Origin: the human T2T-CHM13v2.0 reference genome, Homo sapiens
Strand: one strand, 5' to 3'
Assembly: GCF_009914755.1 (NCBI RefSeq)
Contig: NC_060937.1
DNA: 64,000 nt
The notes under the pieces were generated by a model. That model was not told where the DNA came from, did no database searches, and worked only from the letters and a program-made list of their open reading frames with translations. Positions 54,201 through 64,000 of this stretch are shown here, piece by piece (within the stretch, counting starts at the first letter, position 1; each line of letters begins with the position of its first letter). A program made the position numbers and the translations under genes.

Positions 54201-56384
54201 AATTTAGAATTTGATTTTAATATGTGTGTCAACTATCAAAAGTTTAAAACATTTGGTATCACAAATAAGCCCACAGGTCACTGTAAAATAGTGATTCATT
54301 TAGTCACAATAATAATTCAAAGGTTTCTGATAAGTGAAAACCTTTATTATTTGATAAAGAGGAAACTCAATTTTCAAAACAATAAGACCTAATAAAGGCA
54401 GCATAAGGCCAACTGAATCTGTCTCTCTCTTTCCTCTCTTTTTTCAGTTTACTCAAAAAGGAAACAAAAATTTTTAATGTCACTTAATTTTACACAAACA
54501 TTGTATTCAAAATAAGAAACTAGCTTTTACTTTTGCAGTGTATTATTAACACTAAAGCTTATTTTAATAAAATCTCATAAAAAATCTATTCTTACAATAT
54601 CTAAACTAGCTATAATTACTTTCCCTTTAGCCAAAACCATATTGCCTTGCCTTCTTATAACCCTTTTTTCAAACACATTCTATTTGCGTTTGTATTCTTT
54701 GTAAATAAAAATGTTTTCTGTATACTAGTAGTTTGAATTACATATATTAATTACAATGTTAACTCTTAGTAACACCTTTTTTTTTACTGAAAAACTTAAT
54801 AGGTAAGCAATTTTAATTAGGTGTCAGATGCAGAGCCCAGAACAAAAGACAGAGGTGCAGATAATGTCCAATCCTTACCAGCATTGTCAGAGGGCACAGT
54901 TGTGCTGGGGAGAACTCCACATTTCCCCAGGCCTTGCCATGGCTATAAGACAGACAAGTCAAAAAATTATTAAAAATGTCACAGAAGTGGTTTAGGACCT
55001 TAAAACATTTAGCAAAAACAGTTTCTGGCCTGCCTGAGTGGTTCAGACCAAGTGTCTAAATTAAATCTTGAAGATATTTTTATTTTATTATACCAATAAC
55101 ATTAAATTAGCTTTATTTACTTAAAATTACTAAAGTCATGTGAACTAACAGACATTTGAGTCATAATTTTCATTTTTCTGGTAAAATATTTGATTTAAGC
55201 ACTTGCTTTTTAAAGCTAATTCATTAGATCTCATATATTTTGGTAGTGGAACATCAGATACACATGACTAGTATAAACACACAGGCGTACACAAAGACAG
55301 AAGTAGATCTTTCAGTCAATTGAAAAAAATTCTCAAAAACAATATTCAAAAAGAAAAAGCATTAAGGTATTTAAATATTAATTTTTAATAATTAATTAAT
55401 AATTAATAGTATTTAAGTAGTAATTAAAGATCTTAATGCATATATTATTATATATATATCTTGAAAATCAGCTTTTAATTAAGCTGACTTTTAACCATAG
55501 AGCTTTTTAAAAAATCCTTTAAAATCTCTTATTATCAAACGTTAGCCAGGGAAAACAGTTGATACTTTTGGCTTTTGAAATTCTTTGCCAAAGGTATTCT
55601 TCCAAGTGTCTTAACAAAGGTTATGATTTAACCATGGATGCATGAGTTTTCTCCAAAAAGGTGGAAAGCAGGGGTTTTTTCATTTTTCAAGATTCGGAGA
55701 AAGAAAAATCTAAGACAGGAAATCAGAAGCTGTCAATGGAAGGGAAAAGAATCAATAAATGGCCAAGCCACACAAATATCAACCCAGAAAAGACTTAATC
55801 CTTGGCTTGGAATTAAACCTAGGCTGCCATGGTAAAAGAGAAGAGCCTTAGCTACTAGACGGCACATGGGGCAGTCTCCACTGGTTTGCAGCAAGGAATC
55901 TAGAGCATGAAGTTTCGGTCTTGCAAGGGATGAAAACACTGTTTTCATCAGATAATTCTCAAGGCTAGCCATAACATTACTACTATATATTCTTCTTTTA
56001 ATTTAACCTTTTCATCAATTGTTTAGAATAAGAGACCTCTATAATTTTTTATATATCCTTTGGACATTGACAATTAGAATTTTCAATACTGTACTTTATT
56101 TCAATAGCAAGTATTCATAGCACAAGTCATCAAAAATACACCAGAGTCACTATACCAAGAACAGTCACACAAATCCTTTTTTTTTTTCATTAATCAAAAC
56201 ATTGCATTTGAGACAGTGATTTTTACCATCCACTTAACTGGAGTGCGGAGGGAGAGGTGAGGAGCCTGAATGGTAAGAAATTCTTACCCCATTGCCAGGA
56301 GAGTAGTTTCCTGTGTTCTCTTCAACTGTGGCTTCCAGAACAGAAAAGCAACTTTGATCATCCTGCTTGCTGCACTGTACTGTG
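51228..56384 (-). mobile_element. MER4-group ERV1 internal region (non-coding, degenerate)
   Basis: Begins at the PPT; MER4-int motifs (tttgcagggctttaagaaaagcacag; ccacaggtcaggaaccctgta; tttccaaattctggagaaatt). Confidence 0.75.
52969..53979 (+). mobile_element. ERV1 solo LTR, LTR28-like, nested in MER4-int
   Basis: tgatagtggcaggaggcagacaaatcctaggcagac...gaaaaatcctgtgtca, 1011 bp, 4-bp TSD atat (52965-52968 and 53980-53983). Confidence 0.85.
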
Positions 56385-56712
56385 GGGTCCATGGGCTCTT
56401 GACTTCATAAGGATTTATTGAAAAATCACTGACATGAGACAAGCTGGGAAGAAAGAGTGGAGCTTAGAGTAATTAATAGAATAAAAGGAATAGAAATTTA
56501 TTTAGCATGTATACAGCATAGCCTTCAGCATGAAGACCCAACTTTCTAAGTAACAGAAGCTCATATACTTTCTTGAAATTACAGAAAGAATGAAGAATCA
56601 GGGTATGTCTAATGAAAACAGATTTTAGAGACAAGACAGGATATGGGCAGAAGAAAGAAAAAGGCTTGGCTAGAAAAAGATGGCCTTGCTATGTAGATGA
56701 AACTTTTCAGGT
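56385..56712 (-). mobile_element. MER4-group LTR-like fragment
   Basis: aaaatcactgacatgag...attaatag..aaaagg..aaatttattta...gccttcagcatgaagaccc. Confidence 0.5.
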
Positions 56713-57460
56713 TAGTCAAATTTTTCATTTTTCTCAACTGATTGGTTTTTAGAGATGGAATTTGACTTTTCTAGCTGTAGATTTTCAGTCAACATTAGAA
56801 GGGATCAGGAGTTCATCAAATGTAATGGAAGATAGAACAAAACAAAATAATAAAAAGCCCATTGTACAGTTCTCATACAGCCAAGATCTCTAAGCATAAG
56901 AAGTTACAGTCAGCTGACAATATACATTAACCATCAGCTACTCTAATGCTTGTTGCTTATATTTCTGTTACTGAATCTTGGAGGAAAAATAATAACAAAT
57001 TAAAAGACTAGTTAGCACTAATAGGTATTGTATATTAGAAATAATAGTTCAGCTACCAAATCCCCACCTGATATCCCAAACCAGCTCCTACCTTGGAGAG
57101 GAGACTCAAGCTAAAGACTGCTCTCTGCTTCTATGGCATTAGCAAAATCCCAGAAAAAGGAGTTCTACCACACAATAAACGTCAGACTTCAACCAAAAAA
57201 CTTGAGAGATCAGGGATCTCTGGAGGAAGAAGCTCCCACACCTCAGCTATTAGTCTACAGACTTGACAATTGGGGGTTGTAAATTCTATATTCACTATCA
57301 AGGATGAGTAAGTTGACCAGGGCTTGGCACCATTTACTTTAATGTCCTTTTTTATAAAATGGAAATGATGCTAATGGTTCCCCAGGGTGCTCTGAGAATG
57401 GAAGGTTAAAAGTACTGTGAAATGCTCAGATTTGAAGTGTTACCCTGGAGCAATCTATTA

Positions 57461-57921
57461 CTGCAAGTTCTCACTTAACCTCATTGATAGATTCTTGGAA
57501 ACTGCAGCTTTAAGTTCTTAAGCTAAACGACATGTAACAAAACCAATTTTGCTACAGGATAATTGATACAAATAAGAGGTTAAATTTCTACAGAATATTT
57601 CTGGTCACAAAACATCACAAACCTTCTAAATAAAGACCCCAAACACTTCTACATTAACCATTGACATAAATGTGAGGTATACATACATTTAAGAAAACAT
57701 AATAAAAACAAGTAAGATAATTATTTACCCGATTACTCAGTTCAGAGTCTGGGGTGTCCGGAGTCCATCCCAGCAACTCAGGGCATCAGGTAGGAACCAG
57801 TCTTGGACAGCCAGCGATTCTATCACAGTGTGCTTTCATACACACTCACCTTCACTCCTACTGGAGCAACTTGGACATGCCAGTTCATTTGAAGTGCACA
57901 TCTTTGGAATGTGGGAGGAAA
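57461..57921. mobile_element. MER6/MER6A TcMar-Tigger DNA element, one end truncated
   Basis: TA followed by ctgcaagttctcacttaac..gatagattcttggaaactgc; ends tctttggaatgtgggaggaaa. Confidence 0.85.
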
Positions 57922-58987
57922 TGAGTTTCAAAAGGATGCTGAACTATTATTTGTTTTTTCTAAGAAACAGTGGCCATTAGAGTGATATATTACTTAATAC
58001 TCATTTTTCAGCACATGCCTCAACAAAACACTCTCTAATTCTTTCCACACACTCATACACAGATGAACCCATTCTGGGACATCCCGTGTGTGATGCGACA
58101 TAAATCCAATTACAATAAGTTTTGAATTTTTGATCGTACATTGAAACATGATTGACCTTACCTTTATATTTATGCTAAGTAAATGAGATTAGGAAGGAAT
58201 TTAAGTAAACTAAGCCCTGCTTGAGGAGGGAGGAAATAATTAGAGGAAAGAATAGGTTTTTGTTCTGAGATAAAGTTTAATATTACAGATAGCACATGGT
58301 ATCTAAAAACAACACAATTACACATTGATTTCTAAGCATGGCACAGCAATCCAGGGCAAGCTGGGATAGAGGAATCTCAGTTGCTAGCAGCAGGACCCAT
58401 GAGTGGCATGTAGTGGGAAGACTAGAAATAGTAAAAGGAACATTCTTTTTTCAGTGTGTAAGGTCTTTAACCCTTTTTGTAATTATTGGAGGTAGAGTAA
58501 AATCAATAATAATGCTTTTGATAACTTTTTGATCTTGTTGAACTCTTTCTGATTTAAGTACCATTCTAGGTGTTTTTGTAAGGATTAGGTTATTTACACT
58601 CATAACAGTTTATATGGATAAGAAAATTAAGTCACACAGTATTGTTTGACTTAAACCACTTAAACCACCCATAGTATGTCTGACTTAAATCAGAGAGAAA
58701 GTATGAGAATTATTTACTACTATGGTCTTAATTTAAATCCTCTGTGTTTCACACCAACATTGTTACTTTTCCCTCTACAATAATGTGGCTCCAGAATCAC
58801 GGGCATCAAATAAAAAGTGGAAAATTTGGGTTTTGAAAATTCTGACTTCAGCAAAACACCTCAAAGAAGACCTGGCAACAAGTTGTTTCTACTGAAAATT
58901 ATACTTTGAATAAATAAAGCAGTGTCTTAAATGACATCCTATGGGAGGGGACACTCATCACAGATATCTTTTCAATAAGATAAGAAA

Positions 58988-59500
58988 CGTTAAAGCAAAC
59001 AGAAGGATGACCTCTAAAGATGTCTACATCCTAAACCCTGGAATCTGTGAATGTATTGCTTTACATGACAAAGGGATTTTGCAGATGTGACTATGTTAGG
59101 ATGTTGATATGGGAGATTAACCTGGATTATCTGGGTGCACCCAATTAATCACAAAGATCTTTATAAGGGAAAGAGGGAGGCAGGAAAATCAAAGTCAGAT
59201 GGAGAAGTGATAGCGGAAATAGAGGTCAGAGTGATGGGGTTGCAATCATCGAAGACAGCAGGGGGCCATGAGCCAAGGAATGTGGTCAGTCTCTAGAAGC
59301 TAAAAAAGCTAAAAAAGGGAAGTGACAAAGTCTCCTCTAGAACCTCCAGAAGAAACACAGCCTTACTGAGACCTTCATTTGAGGACTATAAGACCTATTT
59401 CAGACCATAGGCCACCAGAATTATAAGATGAGAAAGTTGTATGGTTTTAAGCCACTAAGTTTGTGGTAATTGGTTATAGGAATCCAGTAAGTATATTCAA
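58988..59500 (+). mobile_element. MaLR solo LTR, MLT1D-like
   Basis: aaagatgtctacatcctaaaccctggaatctgtgaatg...ttttgcagatgtga...ggttttaagccactaagtttgtggtaatt. Confidence 0.85.
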
Positions 59501-61222
59501 ATACCAAAATTAACATCTTGCTTAAAGACTTTCTAATTCATTTTATTTTACAAGCCTTGGATTCTGAATAGCAGGTGCAGACCATCTGGCCTTCTGTTGT
59601 AATTAATAACACTTAGTCTGTGCTACGATCTTTAAAAATACTGAATACTGGATATTGTAAACAAAATTTTTCCTGAGATAATTATCTTAGGATCTAAGGA
59701 TTGAATTATCTTCTAAATTACACAGGTCTTGGGCCACTGCTATGACAAACCAGTGTGTCCTTTTAAAGCTTTAGACTCCAAAAGTGAGGGCTACTCAGAA
59801 TTTGCAATTAAATTAACACAACCGCCAGGATTTCAGAAGAACTATACCTACTCAGTAGGAGAAACAGCCCAGGCTGGTGACACTTTTGGTGGCTCCAATT
59901 CCAGTCAGGCATAAAGAAACCCCTGGCAGGGTAAGCTAGACAAGAAATTGGGCACTATTGTCTTGGATTTTATTCAATTTAGGATTGTGGATATGGGGCT
60001 TTTGATGCTCAAGCTTTAAAGTAAATGATCTTAGACTTCATTTCCTTTGATCTTTGCATTTTAATTTTCAAATAGATTTGCTATTTTAACTTACATTTCT
60101 CCTTAGGATATTTATACCAAGATAATTTCATATTCAAATTTGGCTCATCTATATGTTGTTTGCCTGCAGTTGTTGAAGTACCTTCATAGATTTCATCTTA
60201 ATGTGGCCTTTTATTCTCAATTTTATGTAAGATTTTTCTTACAATTGCAAGAAAAATGAGTGTAACTTATGGGGTGAGTTCCCGATAATGCCTGTACCCG
60301 CCCTCTATAATTGTCTAACATGGAAAAGATGGTAACTGCTGTTTCAAATTGTGCACTATCACAGAGACAAACCTTGATGGACTTGCAATTTATATTTCTA
60401 TAGTTTCTCATCGTTCAGATGATAACTTGTTTTGTGAATTCAGGCACTATGACAAATTTGATAATCCACAGAATTGCATGCATTAGGACAACGTACACTT
60501 GCAGAAGAGCTTTTTACTTTTATTTTCCTAAATATGTGTATATAGCCAACTATGCATCATGTATTCTTATATATTGAACAATGTGAGAAGAAAATACTAG
60601 GTTTGAATGCAGCTTCGCCTGGGTATGAACTAAATTAGAATACAGTTCTGATCCATTACAGAGAGTGCTGGAAACAAAATGTGAACAACTTACCAGAGTC
60701 CCAGGAAGATTTGAAAGAGGCAATGTTTGGGAAACAGCCTCATGAGGTAGCCGAAAACCAGTCACTTATCTGATTGAAAAATCAGCAAAAACTATTTGGA
60801 TATGATGAGCTTCGCTATTTTTTCTTCCTTTTGAGAGGAAATCTGTTTAGCGTTTTCCCCCTGGATCCTCTATGTGGTAAGCCTCACCGGGGCACCTCTC
60901 TATATCGTGAAGTCTCACTGAGAAGGCTGCCTATGACTGAATAAATTGTTCTAATTCTGCAAGGTGATGACAGATATAAACAATATCTTCCAACCAGGTA
61001 TTTATTTGTAATAATGGTGATATATCAGCCTCCATCTTTACTATGTTTTGTAAGTCAGCTTATTCAGATATGGACAGAGAAGAACAGTATACTTTATTGG
61101 GTTTACTTCAGAAGCTGGAACATATTTTTATGCTAAAAACTATTGTCAAAATATAGATAATGTATAATATTTTTAACCAGACCATAAAGGATTGGAAAAA
61201 TAAGGGTATGTAAATAAGGATT

Positions 61223-61238
61223 CACATACACACACACA

Positions 61239-61271
<33 letters not shown>
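61223..61271. repeat. (CA)n microsatellite, slightly interrupted
   Basis: Read directly from the sequence. Confidence 0.95.
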
Positions 61272-61273
<2 letters not shown>

Positions 61274-62274
61274 CTATTCTGGATATAAGTGGGTTTGTGC
61301 AGTGCTTTTTATTTGGGTACATTATTTCTTTGAGCCACTAAACCTCAAAAAATTATATGGTTACCAAAGGAAAGGCTAAGGATAAAACTTGCACAGGAAC
61401 ACGATGGCTATCTCATCAGAGGGAACCTATTGCAAAGGCCAGAAGCAAAACAAAAAAAGTGGTAAAATGTAAGAAGGAGCAGAAACAAAGAAATAAACCA
61501 ACCCTGGCAGGAAGTCACTGGAAAATGGGCTTACAATTTGAATCAGTGTAATTTCCTGGAAATATTATTCTCTATTGAAGCACCAATGCCATAAGGTTCA
61601 ATGACAAACCTTTAGTAATATAGCAGGTTTTCTTGCTTCTACATCCATGCTGGTACATTTGCAAAATATGACACCCTAGTGTTAATGAAGAGTGCAGGGG
61701 GCAATATACATGTTAAGTGTTTTGCAGAAGGGGAAACAGTCCACCTGTTAATGTAGAAAAATTTATGAGAAACACTCAAAGTACTCCAGGAGGTTTAGAT
61801 GGGACTCATGGAGAAAGTACAGCAGGCAACAAAAATAGTCTTCTCATTACTGTTTTCTGTGTATTTTTTCCATTGCTATGAAGATGATGTTTCTGTAATG
61901 GCTCCAAATTGGGGCAAATAAATATATGTTCAGAGATAAATATGAGGTCAGATCTATGTCACACATAGGTATAAAAAGGTTTTAAGATAGCTAGAAAAAT
62001 AGGCTGATAAAATATATAATCTGGAATTTTGGAATAAAATTGATTTTAGCTCTCCAAAATACAGCATTCTGAAAAATGTCATGGTCCTTTCATGAGCTTT
62101 GTGTTCAGTACATCTCTCACTTCAACTAAAGCTAGTCTAATGTTCTATTATTACTGGCCTAACTTAGCACTGTACAGATATGTTGCAGATTTGGAAAATT
62201 GTAATGACACAAATTTTAAAACCTCTGAATATGATAATATTTGTTCCCTAACGTAAGAATAGCTGAAAGCAGCA

Positions 62275-62490
62275 GCAGCATAGTGTAATGGTAGCAAACA
62301 CAGACACTGGAGCTAGACTTCCTGAGATTAATGCCTACCTCTTCTCTTTTGACTATGGTATAACAGGTAAATTCTGTACCTTATTCCCCAGGCCCCAAAT
62401 AGGAATAAAAATATGCTTTTTATCTTATAGGGTGGTTATGAGTATGATGTGGTTTTCGACACTGGCACAAATTAGCATATATGTATATTG
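62275..62490 (+). mobile_element. MIR
   Basis: cagcatagtgtaatggtagcaaacacagacactggagctagac...tcttatagggtggttatgag. Confidence 0.7.
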
Positions 62491-63289
62491 AATACTTTTT
62501 AAAAATTAATATTCTAGAAAGAGTCCTATATTATCTTCCAAGACCTTTTGTGATCTGCAAACCAAGTTTATTGCCCTTGTTACATTTCATCATAACATTC
62601 CCTATTTTCCCCTTCATGTTTTTTTATTCTTATAAATTTTTTTTGTTTATTCCTCAACAGGGTGTAAACACCAGGATAGCAGCGACATTACTTATTTTGA
62701 TATCTGTTGATTACCTTATGATTAACAGAGTGCATAACACATATTAACTGATAACTGAATATTTGTTAATTGAATGATTAAAAAAAAGGACTCATCATTC
62801 AAACGATCTCTGATATGTACACGCGACTACAACAAGACTTAGTAGGCACTCAATATTTATTGCATTGAATCAAATAATCTCTACTCTTGATTACTCAGTC
62901 AAAATATCAGAAAACAACAAATGCTATCATGTGGACTATAGAGTATATTAGTGGTAATCATAAATGTAGAGGAAGCAATGTAAAAAGCTGCAAGAAAATA
63001 AAGCTTGGGAGTTACATATAGAATGAGCATTAATTACATCATGCCTGTTTCCTTCTTGTGTCAGCTCAAAACTTCTAAGAAGTAGTCATTCATTTTTCAA
63101 TTTGAACATCAGAAGAGTAATTCTAGTAAATTTCCAGGTCATGGTAACTCTATATTTGTAGAAGTTCACCATTCTTCAGATTAAAACTAATATTTTGTGT
63201 TGTGTGATTCTGGACTTTTTAGACAAATAGATAATCTATATATTTACATGGATTCTATGGTGAAACATAATCCAAAAATGTTATATAGT

Positions 63290-63725
63290 ATTTTTAAGAC
63301 TAACATACAGTTTACTTGACTCTTTTTGGTGTGAAGTTCTATAAATTTAACATATATATATATTCATTTAACCGCCACCATAGTGAGTATACAGAATAAT
63401 GTCATCACCATAAAATAATCCTTCATGCTATCCACTTGTAGTCAAACCTCCCTCCACATTTCCTGACACCACTGATAAGTCATATTTTTGTTTTTGTGAA
63501 AATTCCATAGAAATGGAATCATACAATGTGTAACCTTTTGAGTCTGGCTTCATTCACTTAACATGATGCTTCTGTGATTCATAAAAGCTGTTTCATGCAC
63601 CAATAGTTCATTCATTCTTTGTTGCCAAAAAGTATTGCATTGTATGAATTTGCCACTATTTACTTATTCTCCAATTGAAGATTTGGGTTGTTTCCAGTTT
63701 TTAGTGATTATGAACAAAATTGTAG
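63290..63725 (-). mobile_element. L1MD/L1ME 3' end fragment
   Basis: aatggaatcatacaatgtgtaaccttttgagtctggcttcattcacttaacatg...tttgggttgtttccagtttt. Confidence 0.8.
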
Positions 63726-64000
63726 AGAGCCTACTGTGTACCATGTATTCTCTAGGTGAAGGAACATAGTGACAGCCAAGGTAGAAAAGTTCCAATTCTA
63801 ATTATGCTTAATGTCTATGGAGAATTTAGCTATGGTTTAAAAATGAAAAAAAAAGTCATATGGCTAAATGTGTGGCTTTTTGTTCTTTAGTTGTCTATGA
63901 TTTTATTCCAATACATGAATTAATACTACTGGGTCATTCACTGTTTCTCAATCTGCATAATGATGATATGATTCTAAAATATACAATAGAAATTGTATGT

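Overview
AT-rich, gene-poor primate (human/ape-like) genomic DNA, dominated by interspersed repeats: Alu (J, S, Y, FLAM), L1 of many ages, L2/MIR, MaLR LTRs (a full-length THE1, MST, several MLT1), ERV LTRs (LTR3-, LTR15-, LTR16/33-, LTR28-, LTR41-like, and a MER4-group provirus), DNA transposons (Tigger4b, Charlie1, MER6) and microsatellites. I find no credible host protein-coding gene, RNA gene or CRISPR array; the long ORFs in the track come from repeats. I cannot support a new biological system here. The strongest observations are rearrangement footprints visible in the sequence: a probable ancient L1 3' transduction (42617-43233), a 30-bp inverted template-switch insert inside an L1 that was then tandemly duplicated (18761-19045, donor 19753-19782), a second ~146-bp tandem duplication (6989-7280), a CTCF motif in an LTR, and a long open frame in the THE1 internal region. 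Subfamily names are recalled from consensus sequences and need RepeatMasker/Dfam confirmation; boundaries of old repeats are approximate.
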